From the NCBI GenBank assembly GCA_003222115.1, contig QHUL01000050.1, forward strand, positions 17,086 to 81,085: a DNA stretch of 64,000 bases, written 5' to 3'. A program made the translations under genes and the position numbers. The notes under the pieces are model-generated. The model saw only the letters and a list, made by a program, of their open reading frames with translations. It ran no database searches and had not been told where the DNA came from. Below, piece by piece: positions 50,964-61,593 of this stretch. This DNA comes from Gemmatimonadota bacterium (GTDB lineage: Bacteria > Gemmatimonadota > Gemmatimonadetes > Gemmatimonadales > GWC2-71-9). How positions within the stretch are numbered: the stretch's first letter is position 1; each line of letters opens with the position of its first letter.

Positions 50964-52835
50964 CTAGGCCACATGCCTTCGTCGCCAGCGGGCGGACTCC
51001 ACCACGAGATTATGCAGATCGCTCGGCGAGACGCCCGGGATCCGGGCCGCCTGCGCTAGGGAGGTGGGGCGCACCACGTCGAGCTTCTGTCGCGCCTCGG
51101 TCGCCAGACTCACCAGTTCGAGGTACGGCAGATCACCCGGCAGCGCGAACGATGCGAGTTCGGCAAGGCGCCGGGCGGCTTCCCGCTCGCGAACGAGGTA
51201 CCCCTCGTACTTGAGCTCGATCTCGGCCGACCTCACCACGTCAGCCTCGACCCGCGGCTCCGCCCCCGCGGCGCTGAGCAGCGCGCCGAGCGATGCGCCC
51301 GGTCGCTTCACGACCGACGCGATGCGCTCCGGCTCCACGAGTTTCGTTTCGGTCGGCGCGAGCGCCGCCGCCGCCTGCGCGGGAGTGATCGTCGTCTCGC
51401 GAGCGGCCACCAGCAGTCTTTCCTCCTCTCCCAGCCGCGCCTCCGCCACCCGAAGCTCGCTTGCCGTCAGCAGGCCCAGCGTCTCCGCCAGCGGCAGCAG
51501 CCGCCGCAGCGCGTTGTCCTGGCGCAGCAACAGCCGGAACTCCGAGCGCGACGTAAACAACCGATACGGCTCGTCTACGCCTCGCGTCACCAAGTCGTCT
51601 ACGAGGACCCCGATGTAAGCGTCGTCGCGCCCCAGCACCACCGGCTCCTGCCCGCGGATGCGCCGCACCGCGTTGATTCCTGCCACCGCTCCCTGTGCCG
51701 CCGCCTCCTCGTAGCCCGTCGTGCCGTTGATCTGCCCGGCAAACCACAGGTGCTCGAGCGCCTTGGTCTCGAGCCAGGGGGTGAGCTGGGTCGGGGGATA
51801 GTAGTCGTATTCGATCGCGTAGCCTGGCCGCGTCAGCTTCGCCCGCTCGAGGCCCGGCACGGCGTGCAGGAACTCGACCTGCACGTGGACGGGCAGGGAA
51901 GTGGACAGCCCGTTCACGTACAGCTCGGCCGTGTCGAGCCCTTCTGGCTCCAGGAACACCTGGTGACGCTTCGCGTCCGGGAACTTCACGACTTTGTCCT
52001 CGACCGACGGGCAGTAGCGCGGACCGCGTCCGCTAATCGCCCCGCCGTACAACGCCGACTCCTTCAGGTGCCGCTCGATGATCGCCTTCACCGGCTCGCC
52101 AGCCCACGTGATCCAGCAAGGCAGCTGGCGCGGCCGCTCCAGGCGCTGGTAGAACGAGAACCGGTAGTCATCCTGGTCACCGTCTTGCCGTTCCACTTTG
52201 GACCAATCGACGGTGCGCCCGTCCACTCGCGGCGGGGTCCCGGTCTTGAAGCGCGACACTGTAAGTCCAAGTGCGGCAATGTGTTGTGCAATATCGACTG
52301 CCGGTTGATCCCCCGCGCGGCCGGCCGGGATCGTCGTATCTGTGCCGACGTGAATCCGACCGCGCAGGAACGTGCCCGCCGTGATGATCACCGCCCGCGC
52401 AGTGAACCGGCGTCCATCGGTCGTTTCCACTCCTCCCACCTGGTCACCATGGACGACCAGCCGGGCGACCATCCCCTGGGTCAGATCGAGATCGCGGAAG
52501 CCCTCGACCAGCTCCCGTACCGCGCGGCGGTACAGCGTGCGGTCGCATTGCGCGCGCGGCGCCCACACCGCCGGGCCCTTGGAGCGGTTGAGCATGCGAA
52601 ATTGGATCGTCGCGCGGTCGGCGGCGCGACCCATCACACCGCCAAGCGCGTCGACCTCCCGCACCACCGTCCCCTTCGCGATCCCGCCGATCGCGGGATT
52701 GCAGGACATCTGACCGATGGTATCGAGGTTGGACGTGACGACGAGCGTGCGGGCGCCGAGCCGGGCGCACATGATGGCGGCTTCGGTGCCGGCGTGGCCG
52801 GCACCGACGATGAGGACCTCGTAGTCGAAGGGCAT
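50964..52835 (-). CDS. mnmG: tRNA uridine-5-carboxymethylaminomethyl(34) synthesis enzyme MnmG (GidA)
   Basis: It matches the family over its full length: YEVLIVGAGHAGTEAA...SCNPAIGGIAKG...GPRYCPSVEDK...QINGTTGYEEAAAQG. Confidence 0.96.
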   Translation of the reverse strand: MPFDYEVLIVGAGHAGTEAAIMCARLGARTLVVTSNLDTIGQMSCNPAIGGIAKGTVVREVDALGGVMGRAADRATIQFRMLNRSKGPAVWAPRAQCDRTLYRRAVRELVEGFRDLDLTQGMVARLVVHGDQVGGVETTDGRRFTARAVIITAGTFLRGRIHVGTDTTIPAGRAGDQPAVDIAQHIAALGLTVSRFKTGTPPRVDGRTVDWSKVERQDGDQDDYRFSFYQRLERPRQLPCWITWAGEPVKAIIERHLKESALYGGAISGRGPRYCPSVEDKVVKFPDAKRHQVFLEPEGLDTAELYVNGLSTSLPVHVQVEFLHAVPGLERAKLTRPGYAIEYDYYPPTQLTPWLETKALEHLWFAGQINGTTGYEEAAAQGAVAGINAVRRIRGQEPVVLGRDDAYIGVLVDDLVTRGVDEPYRLFTSRSEFRLLLRQDNALRRLLPLAETLGLLTASELRVAEARLGEEERLLVAARETTITPAQAAAALAPTETKLVEPERIASVVKRPGASLGALLSAAGAEPRVEADVVRSAEIELKYEGYLVREREAARRLAELASFALPGDLPYLELVSLATEARQKLDVVRPTSLAQAARIPGVSPSDLHNLVVESARWRRRHVA

Positions 52836-52856
52836 TGAGCAATAGTAGCGTACGCA

Positions 52857-52902
52857 GGCGGTAGTTCGGTAGGACTAGACGGATAGACGGCGAGACGGGT
52901 AG
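52857..52902. repeat. Array of about 6 tandem octamers (consensus RCGGNTAG), ~21 nt upstream of the mnmG start
   Basis: The units are GGCGGTAG TTCGGTAG (GACTAG) ACGGATAG ACGGCGAG ACGGGTAG. The array is the inverted partner of 53386-53417. Confidence 0.75.
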
Positions 52903-52915
52903 CGGTGCCCAGGGT

Positions 52916-53293
52916 CTAGTGGCGAGGTTGTCTCAACGCCGCGTCCCCGATCTTCCGCAACAACCCATAAAGCGTCTTACTTGTCTCCGTGGCAAGCGCC
53001 TCCAGCCGACCATATAGAGCTGGCTCGACGTAACCCAGGTCGCGAGCCATCTCAAGCATCGTTTCGACCTCGGCAAGCGACCCGCGCGCGGTGTCCAGGA
53101 ATCGCCGGTACTCACGAGATCCGTTCTTCGCACTACCCTCGGCGATGTTCAGAGGCACGCTGTAGCAAGCACGCCGCATCTGGCTGGCAAGAGCGTCCTG
53201 CTCGTAGTCGGGGAAGCTCCGCGCGGCTTTGACGCACTCGACAGCGAGGCGTTGAGCATGCTGCCAAGCCTTCAGGGTCCGATAAGGGGGCAC
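52916..53293 (-). CDS. Four-helix-bundle protein (TIGR02436 / 23S rRNA intervening-sequence S23p-type family)
   Basis: The sequence runs YRTLKAWQHAQRLAVECVKAARSFPDYEQDALASQMRRACYSVPLNIAEGSAKNGSREYRRFLDTARGSLAEVETMLEMARDLGYV. The NIAEG and GSxxE motifs are present. The start is a GTG, and the segment is visibly more A/T-rich than its flanks. Confidence 0.85.
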   Translation of the reverse strand: MPPYRTLKAWQHAQRLAVECVKAARSFPDYEQDALASQMRRACYSVPLNIAEGSAKNGSREYRRFLDTARGSLAEVETMLEMARDLGYVEPALYGRLEALATETSKTLYGLLRKIGDAALRQPRH

Positions 53294-53385
53294 GAAGCAA
53301 TACTACCGAGAGAGCCGACGCGGTACGGTACCGTTCTGTTGCGATCCGTATCGCACCTATGCATTCAGCTCCGCCCTAGCAACTG

Positions 53386-53417
53386 CTGCCCGTCTACCCG
53401 CCTACCCGTCTACCCTA
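53386..53417. repeat. Array of 4 tandem octamers CTRCCCGY (reverse complement of RCGGGYAG), overlapping the ABC permease stop codon
   Basis: The units are CTGCCCGT CTACCCGC CTACCCGT CTACCCTA. The permease TAG stop is at 53415-53417. Confidence 0.75.
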
Positions 53418-54674
53418 GCCCGCTCTTATCCACCTCACTAGCTCTTTGATGTTCGGCCGCTTCCCCGTCATGAGTATCCCCACCCGATAAATCCGCGCCG
53501 CCATCCAAGTCACGGCGACGATGCCCGCCGCCAGCAGCCCCAGCGACGCCCCGAGCTCCCCCGCCGGCACCGTGCTCGCCGCCCAGCGCACCGGCATCGC
53601 GATCGGCGCGGTGAACGGAATCAGCGACAACGTCACCGCGTAGGTCGACTCCGGGTTGTTTGTCAGCCCGAACATGGAGACGTAGGCGACGAGCAGCAGG
53701 AACATCACCGGCTGCTGCGCCTGGCGCGCCTCCTGCTCGTTGGAGGACATCGCGCCCACGGCGGCGTACATCGCCGAATAGAGGAAGAACCCGCCCAAGA
53801 AGTAGCTGAGGAACACGCCCAGCGTCGCCGCGGTGAGGTGGGGCATCTGGAACACCTGACGCGCCTCCTCCACACCGCCGAGATCTGCGAGCAGCGCCCG
53901 GCGCTGCGACAGCAATAGCTTCGCGCCGAGGCCCCACAGCACGAACTGGAAGAGCGACACCGCTCCCACACCCAGCACCTTCCCCATCATCAGCTGGAAC
54001 GGCCGCAGCGACGACACCAGCACCTCGACGATGCGGGTCGTCTTCTCCTCGACCACCGAGCCCATCACGTTCACGCCGTAAATCGTGATGACGAGGAAGA
54101 GCACGACCCCCATCACGTAGGCAAGCGCGAACGACTGGGCGGCGCTCTCGCCGGTCGTCGTCGAGCCGGAGATCTTCTTCGTCTCGAGACTGATCCGGAG
54201 CTGGGCACGCCCCACCAGGGCGGGGTCCACCCCCTGGCGCTCGAGACGGGCGGCCATCGCGAGCCGGGCGAGCACGTCCTGCAGCTCGGCGACATCGCGG
54301 AACGACGACACGTTGGACGCACGGTACTCGGCCGTGCCGGTCTCGACCACGGCGTCGGTCAGGATGAGGAAACCGTCCAGCTGCTTCGCGCCCACGAGCT
54401 GCGTGAGCGAGTCCACCACGCCTGCGCCCGCCGGCACGCGGGTCGCGCGAAAGATCTTGCCATGCCGGAGCCCTGCCGCGACCCGCTCCCCGAACGCTCC
54501 CGTGGTGGCGTCCACCACCGCGATACGGCGGGTGCCGCCCGCCCCCGCGAACAGCACCGGCACGACGATCATCGCCCCGAAGAACACGGGGCCGAGCAGT
54601 GCGGAGAACCAGAACCACTTGCTCCGGATCCGCTCCACGAACTCGCGCCGGATGACGGCCCAGATCTTACGCAC
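53415..54674 (-). CDS. ABC-2-type transporter permease (NatB-like)
   Basis: The N-terminus is MRKIWAVIRREFVERIRSKWFWFSALLGPVFF. It has a large extracytoplasmic loop followed by 5 C-terminal TM segments. Confidence 0.8.
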   Translation of the reverse strand: MRKIWAVIRREFVERIRSKWFWFSALLGPVFFGAMIVVPVLFAGAGGTRRIAVVDATTGAFGERVAAGLRHGKIFRATRVPAGAGVVDSLTQLVGAKQLDGFLILTDAVVETGTAEYRASNVSSFRDVAELQDVLARLAMAARLERQGVDPALVGRAQLRISLETKKISGSTTTGESAAQSFALAYVMGVVLFLVITIYGVNVMGSVVEEKTTRIVEVLVSSLRPFQLMMGKVLGVGAVSLFQFVLWGLGAKLLLSQRRALLADLGGVEEARQVFQMPHLTAATLGVFLSYFLGGFFLYSAMYAAVGAMSSNEQEARQAQQPVMFLLLVAYVSMFGLTNNPESTYAVTLSLIPFTAPIAMPVRWAASTVPAGELGASLGLLAAGIVAVTWMAARIYRVGILMTGKRPNIKELVRWIRAG

Positions 54675-55632
54675 GAGGCCCTCCCGGGTGGGGCCGCGCC
54701 TCGGGCGTCGCCGCTTCCGGCCCCACGAGGTCGATGAAGATCTTGTGCAGTGACGGCTCGCTCAGCTCGAACCGCGCCAGCCGAGCTCCGGAACTCACCA
54801 GAGCGGCAAGCAGGCGCTGCGGGTCGGCGTCCGGTGCCAACTCGAGCTCGGCATATTGCCCGTAATCATCCAGCTTCCGCACAACCCGCTTGTCCGCAAA
54901 CAGCTGGGCTGCCGCCCCGGGAGCACCGTCGAACCCGATGACGAGATGGTGTCCGGTTTGTGTCCGCTTGATGTCGGCAACCGCACCGTCCACCAGTTTC
55001 CTGCCGCGGGCGATGATACAGAGCTGATCGCACAGCTTCTCGGCCTGCTCCATGATGTGGGTCGAGAACAGGATCGTGACACCGTCGCGGCGCAGCTCGA
55101 GAACGGCGTCCTTCATGACCTGCGTGTTGACAGGATCGAGCCCGGCGAACGGCTCGTCCAACACCACGAGCTCGGGCTGGTGCAGGATGGTTGAGATGAA
55201 CTGCACCTTCTGCTGCATGCCCTTCGACAGCTCGTCCACCCGGCGCCAGCGCCACGCGCCCAGGCCCAGCCGCTCCAGCCAGGCGGCGGCCTGGGCCCCG
55301 GCCCGCCGCCGCTCCACACCCTTCATCTCGGCGAGGAACACGATCAGGTCCAGCACGCGCATCTTGCGGTACAGCCCCCGCTCCTCGGGCAGGTATCCGA
55401 CGCGCGCGGAGTGTTCCCGGCCCGTGCCGGGCTCGCCGAACAGCCGCACCGACCCCTCGTCAGGCTCGATGATGTCCATGATCATCCGGATCGTGGTCGT
55501 CTTGCCGGCGCCGTTCGGCCCGAGCAAGCCGTAGATCACGCCGCGCGGCACGGACAGGGACAGGCCGTCCACGGCCGTGTGCCCGGCGAACCGCTTGGTG
55601 ACGCGGTCGAGGACGAGAACCGCGGAGCTCAC
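54667..55632 (-). CDS. ABC transporter ATP-binding protein (NatA-like)
   Basis: The GTG at 55632 overlaps the sufU stop as GTGA. It has Walker A GPNGAGKTT, the signature LSKGMQQK and Walker B LVVLDEPF. The upstream part of track ORF 54667..55947 overlaps sufU and I reject it. Confidence 0.88.
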   Translation of the reverse strand: MSSAVLVLDRVTKRFAGHTAVDGLSLSVPRGVIYGLLGPNGAGKTTTIRMIMDIIEPDEGSVRLFGEPGTGREHSARVGYLPEERGLYRKMRVLDLIVFLAEMKGVERRRAGAQAAAWLERLGLGAWRWRRVDELSKGMQQKVQFISTILHQPELVVLDEPFAGLDPVNTQVMKDAVLELRRDGVTILFSTHIMEQAEKLCDQLCIIARGRKLVDGAVADIKRTQTGHHLVIGFDGAPGAAAQLFADKRVVRKLDDYGQYAELELAPDADPQRLLAALVSSGARLARFELSEPSLHKIFIDLVGPEAATPEARPHPGGPRA

Positions 55633-56078
55633 GCGCGGCTCTTGAAGGCGTCCGTCAGCGCGTTCCAGGGAAGCAGCGCGCACTTGATCCGCACCGGGAA
55701 CTTGGCCACCCCGGCCAGCGCCCGGAGGTCGCCGAGCGCCTTGTCCTTGGCGGCGGCGTCGTCGCCCTGCATCATGGCGCTCATCCGCCCGGCGAGCGTG
55801 AGCGCCTGCGGCACCGACTTCTCCTTGAGCAGGTGTGTCATCATCGACGCGGAGGCCTGACTGATGGAGCAGCCCCGGCCCACGAAGCGCACGTCCCGGA
55901 TCACGGCGTCCTCGACCAGGAGCTGGAGGTCGATCTCGTCGCCGCACAGCGGGTTGTTGAGCGACACGGCGTAGGTGGGGTGCTCGAGCGTCCCCTTGTT
56001 GCGGGGGCGCCGGTAGTGGTCGAGGATCAGCTCTTGATAGAGCGCGCTGAGCTTGGGCTCAGGCGGGGACGTATCCAA
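55629..56078 (-). CDS. sufU: SUF-system NifU-family Fe-S scaffold SufU
   Basis: Motifs seen are LYQELILDHYRRPRNKG, NPLCGDEI, GRGCSISQASASMM and RIKCALLPW. Confidence 0.9.
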   Translation of the reverse strand: MDTSPPEPKLSALYQELILDHYRRPRNKGTLEHPTYAVSLNNPLCGDEIDLQLLVEDAVIRDVRFVGRGCSISQASASMMTHLLKEKSVPQALTLAGRMSAMMQGDDAAAKDKALGDLRALAGVAKFPVRIKCALLPWNALTDAFKSRA

Positions 56079-57288
56079 ACAGCGCTCCGGCCTTGACGAG
56101 CGACGTCGCGAGAGCCTCCACGTCCTCCAGGTCGTTGTAGAGATAGAAGGAGGCGCGCGCCGTGGCCGCGACGTTCAGCCGGCGCATCAGCGGCTGCGTG
56201 CAGTGGTGGCCGGCGCGGATGCAGATCCCGTCCTGGTCGAGAATGGTCGCGATGTCGTGCGGATGGACGTCGCCGTACGTGAACGAGACGACGCCGGCCC
56301 GGTGGCCGCGTGGGCCGTACACCACGACGCCGTCGATCTGGGAGAGCCGCTCGATCGCCGCTTTGGCAAGCGCCTGCTCGTGCTCGGCGATCGCGTCCAG
56401 GCCGATCCGCTCCAGGTAGTCGATCGCGGCCGCCAGCCCGACGGCGCCTTCGACGTTGGGCGTCCCGGCCTCGAACTTGTGCGGGATCGTGTTGTACGTG
56501 GAATGATCGTCCCACACCTTGGAGATCATCTCGCCGCCGCCGTGATAGGGCGGCATCACCTCGAGCAGGGCCGGTTTCGCGACGAGCGCGCCCGACCCCA
56601 TCGGCCCGAGCATCTTGTGGCCCGAGCAGGCGTAGAAGTCGCAGTCGAGCGCCTGCACGTCCACCTTGAGGTGCGGCGTGGATTGGGCGCCGTCCACCAC
56701 GACGACCGCCCCCACCGCGTGCGCCAGCCGGATCAGTTGGGCCGCAGGGTTCACGGTCCCGAGCGAGTTCGACACGTACGGGAAGGCCACGATCTTCGGC
56801 TGCCGCTCCAGGGCCTGCCCGAAGTCGGACAGATCAATGCGCCCGTCCTCCGTGATTTCCACCATGCGCAGCGCGGCGCCCTTCTCCTGGCAGAGGATCT
56901 GCCACGGCACCAGGTTCGAGTGGTGGTCCATCGCCGTCACGACCACGGTGTCGCCCTGGCGCAGGTTCGCCCGCCCGTACGCGCCAGCGACCAGGTTGAT
57001 CGCCTCCGTGGTCCCGCGAGTGAACACCACGCCTTCCGGCGCCCAGGCGTTCAGGAATCGCGCGACGCGCTCGCGCGCCGCTTCGTACGCCTCGGTCGCG
57101 CGGATCGCGAGACCGTACGCCCCGCGGTGCACGTTCGCGTTCGTGGTGCGGTAATAATCGAGGATCGCGTCGAGCACCGCCTGCGGCTTCTGTGTCGTAG
57201 CGGCGTTGTCGAGGTAGACGAGACGGTGCCCGTGCTCTTGCCCCTGGAGCAGCGGGAAGTCCGCGCGACAGCGGGCGGCGTCGATCAT
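56059..57288 (-). CDS. sufS: Cysteine desulfurase SufS (class V, group II)
   Basis: The sequence runs RADFPLL...VYLDNAATTQKP...DGAQS...SGHKMLGPMG...RAGHHCTQPL. The ATG at 57288 overlaps the sufD TAA by 1 nt. Confidence 0.93.
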   Translation of the reverse strand: MIDAARCRADFPLLQGQEHGHRLVYLDNAATTQKPQAVLDAILDYYRTTNANVHRGAYGLAIRATEAYEAARERVARFLNAWAPEGVVFTRGTTEAINLVAGAYGRANLRQGDTVVVTAMDHHSNLVPWQILCQEKGAALRMVEITEDGRIDLSDFGQALERQPKIVAFPYVSNSLGTVNPAAQLIRLAHAVGAVVVVDGAQSTPHLKVDVQALDCDFYACSGHKMLGPMGSGALVAKPALLEVMPPYHGGGEMISKVWDDHSTYNTIPHKFEAGTPNVEGAVGLAAAIDYLERIGLDAIAEHEQALAKAAIERLSQIDGVVVYGPRGHRAGVVSFTYGDVHPHDIATILDQDGICIRAGHHCTQPLMRRLNVAATARASFYLYNDLEDVEALATSLVKAGALFGYVPA

Positions 57289-58630
57289 TACGCCCTCCGT
57301 CCCCCGCGCGAGCGGTCGGCCAGGCGGGCCCTCACCACCCGGTCGAGCTCCTCCCGCAGCTCCGTGTGCGCCATCCGGCCCAGGATCTCGGCGGCGAAGC
57401 CGTAGGTCAGCATGCCCGCCGCGGTCTCCGGCGAGAGGCCACGGCTTCGCAGGTAATAGAGGGCTGTCTGGTCGAGCGGGCCCACGGTCGAGCCGTGCGT
57501 GCACTTCACATCGTCGGCGTAGATCTCGAGCTGCGGTTGGCTGTCCGCGCGGGCCTCGGTCGAGAGCAGGAGGTTGTTGTTGGTCTGCTTCGAGTCCGTC
57601 CGCTGGGCGCCCGGCCGCACGATGATCCGGCCGTTGAACACGCCGTGAGCCCGCTCGCCCACGATCCCGTTGAAGAACTCGTGGCTGGCGCAGTGCGGCT
57701 GCGCGTGATCGATCACCGTGTGATGGTCCGAGTGCTGGCTGCCGTGGAGCAGGTAGAACCCGTTCAGGATCAGCTCAGCGCCGCTCCCCGCGAGCACCGT
57801 CTGGACATCGTGGCGGGCGAGCCCCCCGCCCAGGGCGATCGGATGGAGGCGAAGCACGCTGTCCCGGCCCTGGATGGCGTGCGTGGTGGCGACCTGATAG
57901 GCCTGCCGGCTCTCGCGTTGCAGCCGGTAGAGCTCGAGTCGCGCCCCATCGCCGACCGCCACCTCGGTCACGGCGTTAGTCCAGTACACACCATCCGCGA
58001 GCGCGACGTAGCTCTCGACCACCGTCGCTCGCGCCCCGCGCTCCACGACCACGAGGCTCCTCGGGTGCGATACCGTAGGCTCGTCGCCCGCCGTCGCCAC
58101 GAACACGAGCTCGATCGGCCGATCGAACTCCACGCCCGCGGGCACGTACACGAACGCGCCGTCGCACAGGAACGCCGTGTTCAGGGCGGCGAACGGGCTC
58201 GCCTGATAGGGCGCATAGCGCGCCAAATGCTGGCGGGCGAGCTCGGGGTCGCGCTCGAGCGCGGCTGCGAGGCTCTCCGCGCGGACGCCGCGGGAGAGGC
58301 CTGCCACGGCGGACAGGCTCGGCGCGAACGCGCCGTCCACGAACACGACCCGCACCGCCCGCAGCCCGCCCACGCACAGGGGCTCGAGCTGCTGGGCCGT
58401 GACGTGCGCGGTGTCGCGCCCTCGGCTCAACGTGAACGCCGTCTCGGCGATCGGCGCCACGCTCGTGAAGCGCCACTCCTCTTGCTTGGTCGTGGGGAAG
58501 CCCAGCTCGGCGAAACGCGCGATCGCCGCCTCGCGCATCTCCTTGAGCCACGCCGGCGCCCCCGCCGCTCCGTTGCCCGCGAACGTCCTGAAGGCCGCGA
58601 CGTAACGCTCCCTCGTGTCCGCGAGCCGTG

Positions 58631-58634
<4 letters not shown>
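57288..58634 (-). CDS. sufD: Fe-S cluster assembly protein SufD
   Basis: It has a SufD-type N-terminus (PAWLKEMREAAIARFAELGFPTTKQEEWRFT) and a C-terminal beta-helix ending with VKCTHGSTVGPLD...LFYLRSRGL. Confidence 0.92.
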
Positions 58635-59397
<763 letters not shown>

Positions 59398-59401
<4 letters not shown>

Positions 59402-60834
59402 CCGACGCTGCCCTCGAGGCTGATCCCGAGCAGCCGCTGCGCCTCGACGGCGAACTCCATCGGCAGCTCCTTGAAGACTTCCTTGCAGAAGCCGTTCACG
59501 ATCATGTTGACCGCATCCTCCGCGGCGAGGCCGCGCTGCTTGCAGTAGAAGATCTGGTCCTCGCCGATCTTGGAGGTCGACGCCTCGTGCTCCATGATCG
59601 CCGTACTGTTGCGCACGTCGATGTAGGGGAAGGTGTGCGCCCCGCACTGATCTCCGATGAGCATCGAGTCACACTGCGAGTAGTTGCGGGCCCCCTCGGC
59701 GCCCTTCAGGATCTTCACGAGCCCGCGGTAGGTGTTCTGTCCATGACCCGCGGAGATCCCCTTCGACACGATCGTCGAGCGCGTATTCTTCCCCAGGTGG
59801 ATCATCTTCGTGCCCGTGTCCGCCTGCTGGCGGTTGTTGGTCACCGCCACCGAATAGAACTCCCCGGTCGAGTTGTCCCCTTGCAGGATGCATCCCGGGT
59901 ACTTCCAGGTGATCGCGGACCCGGTCTCCACCTGCGTCCAGGAGATCTTCGAGCTCTTGCCCAGACACTTCCCGCGCTTAGTGACGAAGTTGTAGATCCC
60001 GCCGCGGCCCGCTTCGTCGCCCGGGTACCAGTTCTGGATCGTCGAATACTTGATGGTGGCGTTGTCGAGGGCGACGAGCTCGACCACCGCCGCGTGCAGC
60101 TGGTGCTCGTCACGGATCGGCGCCGAGCAGCCCTCGAGGTAGCTCACGGAGCTCCCCTCCTCGGCCACGATGAGCGTGCGCTCGAACTGGCCCGTGGCCG
60201 AGGTGTTGATCCGGAAGTAGGTCGACAGCTCGAGCGGGCAGCGCACCCCCTTCGGGATGTAGGCGAACGAGCCGTCGGTGAACACGGCCGAGTTGAGGGC
60301 GGCGAAGAAGTTGTCGTTGTAGGGCACCACCGAGCCAACGTACTCCCGCACGAGCTCCGGGTGCTCGCGGATCGCCTCCGAGATCGCACAGAAAATGATC
60401 CCCTGCTGCGCGAGGGTCTCCCGGAACGTCGTCGCCACCGAGACGCTGTCGAACACGGCGTCCACCGCGACGCCGGCGAGTCGCTTCCGCTCCTCGAGCG
60501 GCAGCCCCAGCTTCTCGAACGTCTCGAGCAGCTTGGGGTCCACTTGCTCCAGGCTCTCCAGCTGCGGACGCTTCTTCGGCGCCGCGTAGTAACTGATCGC
60601 CTGGTAATCGATCGGCCCATAGCGCACGTTCGCCCAGTGCGGCTCGGGCATCTTCAGCCAGTTGCGGTAGGCCCGGAGCCGCCACTCGAGCATCCACTCC
60701 GGCTCGCCCTTCTTGGCGGAGATCAGCCGGATGACGTCCTCGCTCAAGCCGGGCGGAACGACGTCCGCCTCGATGTCGGTGACGAACCCGTACTTGTAAG
60801 GCTGCAGTACCTGCGCTTCGATCCCGGTGCTCAT
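59398..60834 (-). CDS. sufB: Fe-S cluster assembly protein SufB
   Basis: The sequence runs [10 protein letters not shown]...[11 protein letters not shown]...[10 protein letters not shown]...[16 protein letters not shown]...GFC. The ATG at 60834 overlaps the sufR stop as ATGA. Confidence 0.95.
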
Positions 60835-61520
60835 GTCCGCTCCCCTGGCGCCGGTGTCGCGCCCGCAGTCGCTCCGAAGCTCACGGTGTATTCGCACGCG
60901 TTACAGCCGGCCACGATATGGGTGCGCCGCTCGACCGCGGCCCCGAGGGCGGCCCGCAAGAACCGCTGCTCCGCGGCGCATGCCTCCGGGAACCGCTCCG
61001 CCACCGCCCGGATCGCACAGTTGTGCTCCGCGAGCAGGAACGTGCCGCTCGCGGTGCCCGGCTGCCACTCCGCCATGTAGCCCGCGTCGCTCATCAGGCG
61101 GGCCACCGCCGCGAGCCGCTCCGCGGGTGGGGCGTCCCCGAGCTCGGCCGCGAGTTTGCGAGCGAGCGCGGCATAGTGGTCCGCGAACAGTTCCACCACG
61201 GCGCCGCGCCCGTCTTTCTGCGCGACTCGCCCCAGGAGCTCCGTGAGGGTCTCCTCGTAGCGCTTGGGGAAGATTGCCTCACCCTCGGGGCTGAGGCGGT
61301 AGGCGTACGTGGGGGCGCCCACACCACGCTGCTCGCGGCCGTAGGTGATGAGCGACTCGGTCACGAGCTCTTTCAGGTGATGGCGGATCGCGTTGGCGGA
61401 AACGCCGAGCTTCGCGCCCAGCTCGGTCGCCGTGCGCGGCTGCGAGCGCTTCAGCTCGAGCAGGATATCGCCCCGAAGTCCTTTGTGGACAGCGAGTTGC
61501 GGTAGTGTGTTACGCATCAC
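60831..61520 (-). CDS. sufR: SufR-like winged-helix transcriptional regulator (ArsR/DeoR-like HTH plus C-terminal Cys cluster)
   Basis: The HTH is [37 protein letters not shown]. The C-terminal Cys residues lie in HNCAIRAV...PEACAAE...GCNACEY. It is the first gene of the suf operon. The start is either the GTG at 61520 or the ATG at 61517. Confidence 0.8.
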   Translation of the reverse strand: MMRNTLPQLAVHKGLRGDILLELKRSQPRTATELGAKLGVSANAIRHHLKELVTESLITYGREQRGVGAPTYAYRLSPEGEAIFPKRYEETLTELLGRVAQKDGRGAVVELFADHYAALARKLAAELGDAPPAERLAAVARLMSDAGYMAEWQPGTASGTFLLAEHNCAIRAVAERFPEACAAEQRFLRAALGAAVERRTHIVAGCNACEYTVSFGATAGATPAPGERT

Positions 61521-61526
61521 CTGGGA

Positions 61527-61555
61527 ATCCTAAGTGCATTTGTCGGGATTGTCAA
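61527..61555 (-). promoter_or_regulatory. Sigma-70-type promoter of sufR (TTGACA-17 nt-TAGGAT), positioned for a leaderless transcript
   Basis: On the minus strand, TTGACA occupies 61555-61550, then a 17-nt spacer, then TAGGAT at 61532-61527. The GTG/ATG start lies 6-9 nt downstream and no SD is visible. Confidence 0.6.
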
Positions 61556-61593
61556 CTAAACGAAAGGACCTTGGCGTGAATTCGCAAGTGGCT

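Noticed and set aside
52836-53414. The four-helix-bundle cassette considered as an insertion sequence or transposon
   Set aside because: There is no transposase, integrase or recognisable target-site duplication. The flanks are short-unit tandem arrays rather than terminal inverted repeats of IS type. It is kept as an IVS-like cassette hypothesis instead.
53424-53432. TTATCCACC, an 8/9 match to the DnaA box TTATCCACA
   Set aside because: It is a single copy, lies inside the permease coding region, and has no cluster of boxes or adjacent AT-rich unwinding element. That is insufficient to call an origin.
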